A DNA stretch of 64,000 bases from Octopus sinensis (Eukaryota). Location of the stretch: positions 15,624,001 through 15,688,000 of the forward strand of contig NC_043025.1 of assembly GCF_006345805.1 (NCBI RefSeq), written 5' to 3'. Both the position numbers and the translations under genes were made by a program. Below are positions 26,681 to 38,334 of this stretch, piece by piece; within the stretch, counting starts at the first letter, position 1, and every line of letters begins with the position of its first letter. The notes beneath the pieces are model-generated. The model saw nothing but the letters and a program-made list of their open reading frames with translations, was not told the origin of the DNA and did not search any database.

Positions 26681-27477
26681 TATATATATGAGAAGTCAAA
26701 GCAAGGAGACAGATATACATACTTATACACATATAGGCTTCTTTCAGTCTCCATCTACCAAATCCAAAGACAACGCTTTGGTCAGTCCAAAGCTAATGTA
26801 GAAGACACTTGGCCAAGATGTCACACAGTAGGACTGAACCCAAAAATGGCTACTCAACCCCAAAAAGGCAATCCGTTTCAATAGAATTTTGGCTATTTTC
26901 TAGTACCAAAGGTTTCCTGCTGTTAGAGATCAACAATTTGTCCTCCAAATTCTAGGTGGACAACAGTGTGAAACCTACACTTTGTTGGCCCTATGTATCC
27001 CTTAAGGTGAAGGCACGTGGTTCAGTGGTTAGGGTAACTGGCTCATGATCCTAAAGTCAGGAGTTCAATTCCCAGCAGCATGCTGTGTCCTTAAGCAAGC
27101 TGCTTCATTTCACGTTGCTCCAGTCCACTTAGCTGACAAAAATAAGAGGTACCTGTATTTCGAAAGGGGCCAGCTTTCTCACATCCTGTATCATGCTGAA
27201 CCTCCCAGATAACTACATTTGATTTATGCAATGAAAGCAGCTCTATAGTAAAAATACTATGAACATAATGTGTGTAGCTGAAACTGCAGAGCTCAGCCAT
27301 TCACACATTCATTTCACAAGCAGGCTGTTCCATTGACTGGAACGTCATCATCGTAAATAAGAGAGAGAGACAGTTTTTTTTTTGTTTTGCTTTTTTATGT
27401 CTCTTAACTGCAAGTCAGAGTTTGTGCCATGGTCCTCAGCTTGTTGGCAGTTGAGTGCTGCAGCTGCAAAGACAAAC

Positions 27478-27702
27478 CTGAGGGTTGCACCTGCTGGTTG
27501 ACCCCAATGCATACACGTCATATGACCATGTTTGATTCGTGCTGAGCTGAGGACCGTACATGAACAATTGCATCATGTTGGTCCCTTGATTGATAAAGAA
27601 ACAGGCTAGGCATTGGAGAGAGTACCACATGTCCAGACTGCAGCACTGACCACTGCGCGTGATAATATGCAATATGGTAGTCAACTGACCAATAGAAACA
27701 GA
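27478..27702 (-). CDS. Candidate host exon, product unknown
   Basis: Acceptor TCTCTATTCTGCAG, donor CAG|GTTTGT, 225 nt, open frame SVSIGQLTTILHIITR...STSRCNPQ. A second frame (DYHIAYYHAQWS...) is also partly open. No homolog recognised. Confidence 0.25.
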
Positions 27703-27737
27703 CTGCAGAATAGAGACAGCTGAGACTACGACACAGC

Positions 27738-27775
<38 letters not shown>

Positions 27776-28144
27776 GATTCTCATAACCCAGCAGGTGATG
27801 AGACAAAGACATTTCCACAGACCCTGATCCTTATTTAACGAAGATTATAACCCAGGTGATAATTTGTGACTCCTTCACACCAGTACTTGTGAATGGGGCT
27901 GCCCCCTCGCGATACGTTTCTCTGTGTGAGTGTGTCAATGTATGCATAGAAACGTGTGTGTATATAAGCGTTTATACATGTGTCTGGACATGTGGCTATG
28001 TGCACACGCATGTCTATGCACACATCACACGTTTATGTGTGTGTGAAGGCGAAAGTAAACAATACGTACACTCCGTGTTTAGGGTTAGGGTTTAGTATTA
28101 GGGTTTTCGTTACGCCGAAAACGGGTGGTGTATGTATTCTTTAC

Positions 28145-28706
28145 CTCTGCCGCGTGTGTGTATTTATGAGAACTAGAACGATTCCGTCATTGATATAAGA
28201 ATATGAGGGGGGGGGGAAGATTGAGAGAACAAGATAAGGTGAAGTAGGCATTATTGACGAGAAAGCAAAGTGCTTGCAAATATATACTTATGAGGGAAAC
28301 CTCCTAAACTCGTGTAATTTCGAGATATCTTTTCCTACTTTACATCGCATTTCCCCCAGCTTTTTTAAAGAAATTAACGGGAAAAATGAATCTCAACTCG
28401 AACCGATTTATCCGTCCCCCACGTCGGCCTCGTCGAAAGGATTTCAAAGCATAAAAATAAAGGACACCAAAACTTGTAGATACATGCACACTTAATTAGA
28501 AAGGAAAAAAATTGTTTAATGCAAAGTCGGTTAGTTGTGAATGAGCGGGCACGGCTGAAGGGCCACGAGGCCTTTCCAACTGGGACCATCCTGTCTTGTT
28601 ATGTTTCCTTGCCAGTGTACTAAGGACTATTATCCAGTGCCTTCCTCTTTTAAGGCAGTAAGGCGGCTATTTCCAGCGGATCCCATCGCTGGTTCGGGGA
28701 AGGTAG
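28145..28706. promoter_or_regulatory. CpG-retaining unique segment with divergent splice donors (possible promoter region)
   Basis: CpGs are visibly more frequent than in the flanks (not counted). Minus-strand donor GAG|GTAAAG at 28144; plus-strand donors AAG|GTAGGT at 28703 and TAG|GTAAGA at 28707. Confidence 0.3.
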
Positions 28707-29010
28707 GTAAGAGAAGAAGCGGGAATGTGGGGGGAAAAGTGAAAGGTAAGTGGAGAGAGAGAGGGGGGAGATAGAGCTATAGAAAGGAAGGGAGAGTAAT
28801 AGAAAGGAAGGGAGAGTAATAGAAAGGAAGGGAGTAATAGAGGGAGGGCGAGGGGAATAACAGAAATCGAGAGAGGGTGAGGGAGCTAGAAAAAATAAAA
28901 CAAAAAACCGAAGAGGGGGAGGTTAAAAGGGGAGAAGGTAAGAGAAGAAATTAACGAGAGAAAAAAGGGGAGGAAGTCAGAATGTGTGATAGAGAGTGAA
29001 AGAGTAAGCT

Positions 29011-29041
<31 letters not shown>

Positions 29042-29169
29042 AAGGCAGAAGCATTCATACACGGAGAGAGAGAGAAAGAGTGAAATATGAAGTAAGAGAA
29101 AGTAAAAATGTGTATGAGAGAGTGAGAGAAAGAAATAGTAAAATTATTCAAGGAAATGACAGGGAGAGC

Positions 29170-29170
29170 A

Positions 29171-29219
<49 letters not shown>

Positions 29220-29547
29220 TATATATATACACATACACATATATATACACACACACACATATATATATATACACACACATATTACACACATATATACACA
29301 CACATATATACACACACACACACATATATATATACACACACACATATATATGCACACACACATATACACACACACATATACACACACACACATATATATA
29401 CACACACACACATATATACACACACATATATATACACACATATATATATACACACACACATATATATGTGTGTGTGTGTATATATATGTGTGTGTGTGTA
29501 TATGTGTGTGTGTGTATATATATGTGTGTGTGTGTGTATATATATGC

Positions 29548-29596
<49 letters not shown>

Positions 29597-29600
29597 TACA
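29170..29600. repeat. (TA)n/(CA)n microsatellite that switches to (TG)n at ~29465
   Basis: Direct reading; source of several spurious ORFs. Confidence 0.93.
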
Positions 29601-29939
29601 GAAAAACACAGAGAGGGGAATATGAGAGTGAGGGAGAGGAAAAAATGTAGGGGAGAGTGAGGAAAGGAGAAACGATATGTAGACATATATATATGTGTCT
29701 ATCTATCTATATACATAATATATACGTATGTCTGCGCACGAGAAAATATATACATTTTTTTTGCCACACACACACACACATAGTGGGGATTAGAGTTGGT
29801 GTTATTGCCCTGGTGTGGATAATACCGTTAACGAAAGTACTCAATACCGTTAGGCAGAGTGCAATAGTTCTATTTTTCCTATTTGCATCACCAAACATAT
29901 GTATACGTGTACATATGTATGTATGTATGTGTGTGTATG

Positions 29940-30002
<63 letters not shown>

Positions 30003-30109
30003 GACTATCTTCCGCCATATATATTACACGCACACAGAATATAGAAAGAATTGGAGACAGAAAGTGTAGCGAATATGAAAGAGAAGAATATAGAGTTTTT
30101 ACACACACA

Positions 30110-30921
30110 CAATTGCTATATTAGTTATGGTGTCTTTGTGACTGTTAGCTTTTGGCATTATTTTTAAATCACTGAAATGTCTTTACCTGTGTTGTCGGAT
30201 CAACTTTCATCCAATTTATTGTTAGGGTCACACATTTTTATTTAGTTATTTTTGTGTTTTTAATGAGACCCTGTCTGCGGTTTTCTCATGTCGTCTGGTC
30301 TCATCATAGAGACACTCAGTGAGAAACAGAAATATAAACAGATTGAAAGAGAGTAAGATGTGTGTATATATATATATAACCTGAGAAGTGTGTGTGTGTT
30401 CAAAATTCAGAGAAGTTCGTATATATACCTATATAAGCAGAAAACATATATATTTAGAGAGGTGTGTGTATATATATATTCTATATACATATAGCCCATG
30501 TCGCTAATAATTATTATTCGTAAATTTTAACTGAAAGTGATGAATTCGATGGAATCGTTAGAGCATCGGGCCGTTGAAAAAATAAAAATGCATTAAAGTA
30601 TTTCTGGTAATTACGCTCCAAGTTCAAATCCCGCCCAGGTCAACTTTGCCTTTTCATATCTTTCCGGAGGTCAATAAAATTAAGTACCGGTCAAGTACCG
30701 AGGTCCGTTGTAAACGACAAACCACTCCTACAAACAAAATTAGTCGCCACATGCCTAAATTAAAAACAGTTATGAAATATTTTTCACTAAAATATCTCTG
30801 TGTTATTGGGCCAACTTTCACCCATTTTATCGTATGGGTCAGTTATTATTTTTTTTTAGCGACCTTGGTTGGGTCGTCTGGTCTTACCAGAGATAGACAA
30901 ATATAAACACACACATTTTAT

Positions 30922-30966
<45 letters not shown>

Positions 30967-31101
30967 GTATGAAAAAATTTTTTTTTTGTTTTCTGCTGAG
31001 TTTTTTCTTGAGAACACATTCTTTCGTGGAAAATAGCGATTTTGACGTCTATATCTAGCATATTGACTGTCCATTTTTAGTGGTCAGTCCTTTAAATTTT
31101 G

Positions 31102-31149
<48 letters not shown>

Positions 31150-31533
31150 GTATATATATATATATAAACACGCATACACGTGTATGTGAAACAGCAATAT
31201 AGTCACGTTGTACATTGAAAAGATATATCACTATTATTTGTGTTATGTCGCTATGTCATTGATAATTATTACTTGTCGTTATTATTGAATATAATTGACT
31301 GAAATGTGTTTGCATGGAGTGCCCGGTCAACTTTCATCCAATTCATTGCGGTAAAATTTTCACCTTTATTGCATGGGTCAGTCAGTGTTGAAGTTTTTTT
31401 TTCTCTCAGCGGCCCCTGACTTGGTCGTTTGATCTCCCAAGAAACAAACGAATATAAATTTTGCAAGAGAATGAATGAAAAAGAAAACCCAACAACCTTA
31501 AAGAGAAACGGATATAAAGAACAAACCATGATG

Positions 31534-31571
<38 letters not shown>

Positions 31572-32115
31572 CCATTACTATGGTTGTGTTGTCCATGTAT
31601 GTTTGTTATTAATAAACATTATTCATCATTATTATTAAATATTATTGGCTGAAATTCCTTTACCTGGATTGTCTGGTCAACTTTCATCCAATTTTTATTG
31701 TAAAGATCAATTTTTTTTTTTTTTTTGGCGACCCTGCTTGGATCGTCTGGTCTCGCAAGAGAGACAGACAGACAAAGAAATGTAAATATATATAATTTTT
31801 GAAAGAGAATGAATGAAAACAAAGTTAGGGAAATCCCTTAACAACCAAGAGAAAAAGGTATACATATATACAGAGTAAATCATGTACAATGATATATATT
31901 TATATCACCATTGCTGTGTCGTGTGATCCATGTCGCTGTTTATGTTATTAATAATAACCATTATTCGTCGTTATTATTAAATTTAATTGATTGAAATTTC
32001 TTTACCTGGGTTGTCTGGTCAACTTACATCCAATTTAATGTAAGGGTCAGTCAATTTTTAGGTGGTCCTGGCAGGGTTTTTCTGTCTGCCGCTCTCATGT
32101 CGTCTGTTCTCGCCA
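30110..32115. repeat. Degenerate tandem array, 5 copies of a ~345-bp unit
   Basis: Core (G)GTCAACTTTCATCCAATT followed by GTCGTCTGGTCT at ~30190-30300, 30805-30870, 31325-31430, 31675-31750 and 32015-32110. Confidence 0.8.
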
Positions 32116-32299
32116 CACAAATATTTGAATCGTGTGTTGTTGTTGTGTGTCGTCTTTGCCGGCGGTTGGACCAGCACGGAGGGAGTGCGCATGTCAGAGA
32201 GAAGAGGAGCGGTGCAATGTAAAAGCAAGGATGGATGAGAGAGGGAGACAGAGAGAGGAAAGCGATAGAAAGGAACTGGTAATGAACGAGAGCAAGAGA

Positions 32300-33230
32300 G
32301 AGAGAGAGAGAGAGGAATGGGAAAGCGAGAGGAAGGTCTAGCTAAATCGAGAGAGAGAGGGGGGAAAGGGAATTGAGAGAGAGAGCAAAAAGAGAATGAT
32401 AGAAAAGAGTGAGTAATATAAGAGAGAAATAGAGAAGGATTGAGAGAGAGAAAGAGAGAGCAAAGAAGAGAGAGAGAAAAGAAGAGAGAGAGAGCAAAGA
32501 AGAGAGAGAGAGAAAAGAAAGGAGAGAGAGAGAAAAGAAAAGAGAGAGAGAGAAAAGAAAGGAGAGAGAGAGAAAAGAAAAGAGAGAGAGAGAAAAGAAG
32601 AGAGAGAGAGAGAAAAAGGAAGAGAGAGAGAGAAAAGAAGAGAGAGAGAGAGAAAAGAAGAGAACTAAAAGATGGGAAGGAGAAGATAAGAATGATAAGG
32701 TAATTGAAAGGGAGAGAAAGAGAGGATGAGAGAGTGAGTAAGAAATGGGAAGGGTAATTGGAAGGCGTTGGGGATGCGAGAGAATAATAGAAAGAAGCAG
32801 GGAGAAATAGAGAGAGGGGGGAATTAAGCGACGGGAAGGGGAGGGTAATACGAAAGAAGAGGTAAATGAAGCGGTGATAGAAAAAGGTAAAATGAGAGAA
32901 GCAGAGAGAGAGGGAGAGAAAGACGGAGATGTGAGCGGGAGCATAGGAGAAAGGAAAATAGGGAGAGAGAGAGAGAGAAAAAGAGAGAAAACAGAGACGG
33001 AGAAAAAGGGAAGAAGTAGTGATAGAAAAAGAGAGAGAGAGCGAGAAGGAAAGAAGGAGAAAGAGAGAAAGAAAGAAAGAGAGAAATTTGTGAGGAATTG
33101 AAAAAGAGAACGTGAAGAAAAGGTAGATATGTGGGAAGGAGAAATAAGCAAATTAAAGGTGAAGTATAGAGGAATGAGGAGTAGATTGAAAGAGAGAGAG
33201 AGAGAGAGAAAGAGAGGGAGGGAGGGTATC
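32300..33230. repeat. Polypurine (GA-rich) tract with an ~18-20-bp GAGAGAGAGAAAAGAA(A/G) minisatellite
   Basis: Direct reading; similar purine tracts at 28710-29165 and 36080-36770. Confidence 0.9.
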
Positions 33231-34040
33231 TTTTATCTTTCGATTGTTTCGGTCATTGGACTGCGGCCATGCTGGGGCATTGCCCTGAAGACCTTTTTCT
33301 GAACAAATCAACCCTAGTATTAATTTTTAAAAAAACCTGGTACTTATTCTATCAGTCTCGTTTTGCTGAACTGCAAAGTTACAGGGATATAAACAAACCA
33401 ACACCAGTTATCAATCAGAGGTGGGACACAAACACAAAATTGAGAAAGTAACAGAGTGAGAGAGAGAGAGAGAAAGGGGTCTGAGAAATAGGAAGAGTTG
33501 GAGAGACAGAGGGGCTTCTTTCAGTTTCCATGAAAGAAGACCATAGATACATATCATCATCATCATCATTTAACGTCTGCTTTCCATGCTAGCATGGGTT
33601 GAACGATTTGACTGAGGACTGGTGAACCAGATGGCTGCACCAGGCTCCAGTCTGATCTGGAAGTGTTTCTACAGCTGGATGCCCTTCCTAATGCCAACCA
33701 CTCCAAGAGTGTAGTGGGTGCTTTTACATGCCACAGGCACAGGGGCCAGTCTAGCAGTACTGGCAACAGCCACGCTCAAATGGTGGCTTTTACGTGCCAC
33801 CTGCACAGGAGTCAGTCCAGTGGCACTGGCAACGACCTCGCTCAAATGTTTTGTACATGTGCCGCCGGCACAAGTGCCAGTAAGGCGATGCAGGTAACGA
33901 TCACGCTCAAATGGTGCTTTTTAGCCAGTTAGCTGTTAATATAACGGGAAGGTTTATGAAAATAAACAAAAGATGAAGGCAGGTAGAGTACAAACAAACA
34001 AATGTATTAGTATGGCGCTCAGGAATAGAAATAGAACAAG

Positions 34041-34078
34041 TCTTTTACGTTTTGAGCCTATGCTCTTCGACAGAAAGA
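34041..34078 (-). ncRNA. Degenerate minimal hammerhead-ribozyme-like motif
   Basis: Minus strand TCTTT-CTGTCGA-A-GAGC(ATAG)GCTC-AAAA-CGTA-AAAGA: 5-bp stem I, 4-bp stem II, palindromic ACGT stem III; core changes A6U and G12A. Confidence 0.5.
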
Positions 34079-34592
34079 TACACAGAAAAGAAACAAGGAG
34101 AGAAAAAATGCATGGCGTCCTGACTTTGGGCAGAGGTCAGACGCTAGAAGGACAGAAGGGGAGATAACAGGGTCAAGTGACTTCCAAAACGAAGGTGTCC
34201 CCAACACAAAGGTGCGTGTCTGTATAAGAGAGTATGTATGTGCGTGTGAAAGAGGGCTGGTGGTCTGGACGTGTGTGTGTGTATGTATGTGTAAGTGTAA
34301 AGATGTGGAGATGTGTTAATATATATATATATACATACTATATATATTATATATGCACGTAAAAAGTACCATCCGTTCGTGGCCGTTTGCCAGCTCCGTC
34401 TGGCACCTGTGCGGGTGGCACGTAAAAAGTACCCACTACACTCATGGAGTGGTTGGCATTAGGAAGGGCATCCAGCCGTAGAAACACTGCCAGATCAGAC
34501 TGGGCCTGGTGCAGCCTTCTGGCTTCACAGACCCCAGTTGAACCGTCCAACCCATGCTAGCATGGAAAGCGGACGCTAAATGATGATGATGA

Positions 34593-34651
<59 letters not shown>

Positions 34652-34859
34652 CACACACACACACACATATCCTTTTATTTGTTCAGTCATTTGACTGCAT
34701 CCATGCTGGAGCACCGCCTTTAGTCGAGCTAATCTACCCCAGGACCTATTCTTTGTCATCCTTAGTACTTATTCTATCAGTCTCTTTTGCTGAATCACTA
34801 AGTTACAGGGACATAAACACACCAGCATATATAACAAGACCACCACAGACCATAAGATC

Positions 34860-34902
<43 letters not shown>

Positions 34903-34909
34903 TTGGTAA

Positions 34910-35190
34910 AAATGGTAAGATAACAAAAGAAAGAAGAGACCTCAATATTATGTAAATAGAAGAAATTTATCTGTAAAATAATATGACAATTATTGGTAGC
35001 CAAGATAAAACTCTGAGTTTTGGATGCCGAGGTGGAAATCCACAACACCATCTCTTCGGTTATCTGGCCATCTGAAAAAATGCTATGAAAAACAGATGGC
35101 CAGATACCGAAGAGATGGTGGTGTGGATTTCCACCTCGGCATCTGAAACTCAGAGTTTTATCTTGGCTATTGAATAATTGTCACATATTT
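34910..35190. mobile_element. Palindromic element with inverted pair of hammerhead-like motifs (Penelope-like pLTR relic, inferred)
   Basis: Arms ~34983-35074 and 35093-35186 around an 18-nt loop; each arm carries CCGAAGA-GATG...CATC-(C/T)(G/A)AAA-CTCAGAGTT. Confidence 0.7.
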
Positions 35191-35524
35191 CTTATATATA
35201 TATATATATGTATGTATGTATATACGATGGACTTCTTTCAGTTTCCATCTACCAAATCCACACACAAGGCTTTGGTCAGCCCGAGGCTATAGTAGAAGTA
35301 GGACTGAACCTGGAACCATGTGACTGGGAAGCCAGCTACTTGCCACACAGCCACTCCTGCACCTATAAACACATTATATATATGTTGCTTATTTTGATTA
35401 TAATCACCCCACGGATTTATATGGGTAACACCATACAAAATTCTGGTGCATCTAACTTAAGTACCATATTCATTTGAATCTAAATTTTGCTGAACTTATA
35501 TATATAGAGAGAGAGGTTCCTTGT

Positions 35525-35607
35525 CTTTCCTGAAGAGAAGACGGCATAATGTACCTTTTATTCCTTCGGAATTAAGAGTATGCAGTCTTCGAAACATGTG
35601 TCGAGAG
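35525..35607 (+). ncRNA. Type I hammerhead ribozyme with intact core
   Basis: CTTTC / CTGAAGA (35530-36) / stem II GAAGAC:GTCTTC extended by GCATA:TATGC / GAAA (35591-94) / stem III AC(ATGT)GT / GTC cleavage triplet (35600-02) / GAGAG pairing back to CTTTC. Confidence 0.8.
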
Positions 35608-36829
35608 TAAAGTAATTTTGTTAAAATATTTGTTCGACTCCATTCTTTCATTTATTCATATAAAAAAAAACACACAAATTTACACACAAGAACATGGTGT
35701 TCCTACAACTTGATATGTAGCTCCAACCGTGTTTTCTGACGTGAATTTGCTACCCAGGTATCGGTTAACCGAATTTTCCATACTAGGATAATTCATTCAC
35801 CTACTTAAATATATATATATATATACACACATGCAAATATACGTACATGCATCTATCTCTATATATAGATATATGCACATATAATATACAGGTGCACACA
35901 CCACACACACACACACACGTATATACATATATCTTATATATATATCTTACAAGTCCCAAACCTTCAAGCATTCACTGACACTTACCCAAGTTGTCACGCA
36001 GTGGGATTGAACCCAGAACCATGTGGTTGGGAAGTAAACTCCTTGCCACAAAGCCAGCAAGTAAAACAGAGGCAAATTTGAGAGAATAAATTAGAAAGAG
36101 CGGAGGGGGGGGGAGAAAGGAGGAAAGATGTTGAATGGAAGAAGGAGGAGGAGGAGGAGGAGGTGGTGGAGTTAAGTAAATTTGAAAGGGGTGGGCGGAT
36201 TCAGATGGGAAAGGTATAGAGAGAGAATAAGAGAGCGGGGGGAGGGTTGAGAGGTGGGAGTGGTGAATATAGTAGAGAGGAGAGGTGAGAGAAAGTGATG
36301 TAGATGGGAGGGAGGAAGAGATAGAGAGATAATGAGAAGACAGGGGGGGTGAGGAAGGATGAGGAGAGGTGGTGGAGAGTGGAGTTGTAGGAGGAGGTGA
36401 GTGTGTGAAGTAGATGGAAGGGGGGGGTTGGATAGAGTAAAAGACATGAAGAGAGGAAATAGATAAGATAAGAAAGAATGATGAATTAGAGAGAGGGGGG
36501 AAGAGTTGGTTAAGAGTATTGGGAGGAGAAATAGATAAAGAGAAGCATAGAAACTAAAAGAAGAGGGAGTTGAGAAAGCAGAAACTGATAGAATAAGAAG
36601 AGAGAGAGAGAGAGAGAGAGAGATAAAGGGGGGAGGAATGTAATAGAAGTGTGAGAGGAGGAGTGAAAATGGATAGAGTAAGAGAAGTGTGAGAAGAGGA
36701 GTACATCAGGAAGAGGCAGATAGAATAAGACAGAAAGAGAGGTATGGTATGAGGTAGGGCAACAGAAATGCATTTTATATGGTATCAGAACCCCCGTAAA
36801 GGACCAGCTTGTATGGATGGAAAACTGAT

Positions 36830-37095
36830 TTTACTAAGCTTGGCACATCTTCTCAAGCACAACAAATCACCACATCTCCCAGTTCCTTTTCATTTCCTCA
36901 GTGAGGCCCAGTGTCCGAAGATCCTTTTTCTCTACTTCATCCCCTGTCTTCCTGGGTCACCCCTTGCACAGGTTCCCTCCACAGAACTCAGCACATCTTT
37001 ATGCAGGTATCTTCATCCATACACATTAGCATAATTGCCAGCATCCTCCCAGGTGATGCTAAGTTGCTTAAGATCTTTCAAAGGTGGCATACCAT
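36830..37095 (-). pseudogene. Decayed RTE-clade LINE 3' end
   Basis: Frameshifted minus-strand translation MDEDTCIK...VEGTCARG.PGR / EVEKKDLRTLGLTEEMKRNWEMW resembles the RTE C-terminus (GRGRPRKTW...KDLR.LGLTEEM). Confidence 0.72.
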
Positions 37096-37103
37096 GTCTT
37101 TGT

Positions 37104-37410
37104 GGAGGCACATGGCCTAGTGGTCAGAGAAGCGGACTCGCGGTCGAGGGATCGTGGGTTCGAATCTCAGAGATGTGTATGTTTATGAGCGAAACACCTA
37201 AGCTCCCTGGCGGCTCCAGCAGAAGGTAATGGCAAACTTCTGCTGACTCTTTCGCCACAACTTTCTCTCACTCTTTCTTCCTGCATATCTAGCAGCTCAC
37301 CTGCGACGGACTGGCGTCCCGTCCAGGTGGGGAACCTATATGCCAATGAAACCAGAAAACCAGCCCTTATGAGCCAGGCATGGCTTAAGAAGGGACAAAT
37401 AAACAAAAAA
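37104..37410 (+). mobile_element. SINE family D
   Basis: GGAGGCACATGGCCTAGTGGTCAG...GGTTCGAATCTC...CACCTGCGACGGACTGGCGTCCCGTCCAGG. Confidence 0.8.
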
Positions 37411-37442
37411 AAATACCATGTCTTCCTAGATCTCCCTCTCAC

Positions 37443-37495
37443 TCTTTGTGCCTCTGGCGGAAACCATTGTGACTCTGTCTTGAGTTCATATCCTT
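37443..37495 (-). CDS. Candidate small host exon, product unknown
   Basis: Acceptor TATTTTTCCAACTGCCAG, donor AGA|GTGAGA, 53 nt, frame EGYELKTESQWFPPEAQR. Confidence 0.25.
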
Positions 37496-37714
37496 CTGGC
37501 AGTTGGAAAAATATGAGCTGCAAGTGTCACAAGTATGGAAAAAGAAATAGGTAGATGGATTGATAGGTAGGTATGGCTGTAGCTAGGTAAGTAAACAGAC
37601 AGGTAGATAAGTAGGTAAAATGTTAGGTAGCTGTCTATGTAGCTAGCTGGGTTGATAGGTAGATAAGAACAGAAGACAGGTATCTAGGTACAGTATGTTG
37701 GTGATAGATAAATA

Positions 37715-37852
37715 GACAGATGGACAGATAGATAGATAGATATATATATATGATAGATGATAGATAGATATATAGATAGAAAGATAGATAGGATGGATAG
37801 ATGGATAGATAGATAGATATATAGATAGAAAGATAGATAGGATGGATAGATG

Positions 37853-37893
<41 letters not shown>

Positions 37894-37929
37894 GTAGACA
37901 GATAGAAAGATAGATAGGATGGATAGATG

Positions 37930-37975
<46 letters not shown>

Positions 37976-38100
37976 AAGATAGATAGATAGAAAGATAGAA
38001 AGATAGATGGATAGAAAGATAGAAAGATAGACAGATAGAAAGATAGATAGATAGAAAGATAGAAAGATAGATGGATAGATAGATGGATAGATAGATAGGC
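37715..38100. repeat. (GATA)n/(GAAA)/(GATG) compound microsatellite
   Basis: Direct reading. Confidence 0.95.
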
Positions 38101-38334
38101 AGAGCTGAGTTTTATAGTCCTTCAACCCTACCCTGGCCTGCTTGCCTAGCTGGTTGGGGTGACATCATTCAAAAGATAAAACAATGCAAAATGGATTGTG
38201 ATCAATGATCAATAACAACACCTGATATTCTGGTTGATACAATGACATACCCCCCTCCCCACCCCACCCCCCACACATTGTTATTTTGCAGACAACCTGC
38301 AGATGCAAGTGCTACCAGTTGAAAGCTTCACATA

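Noticed and set aside
28079-28105. Telomeric TTAGGG repeats (also 9548-9566)
   Set aside because: Only 2-3 imperfect units, so not a telomere or fusion relic; the 9.5-kb run lies inside a MITE.
36768-37120. Plus-strand ORFs with splice-like sites as host exons
   Set aside because: The minus strand is better explained as an RTE LINE 3' end.
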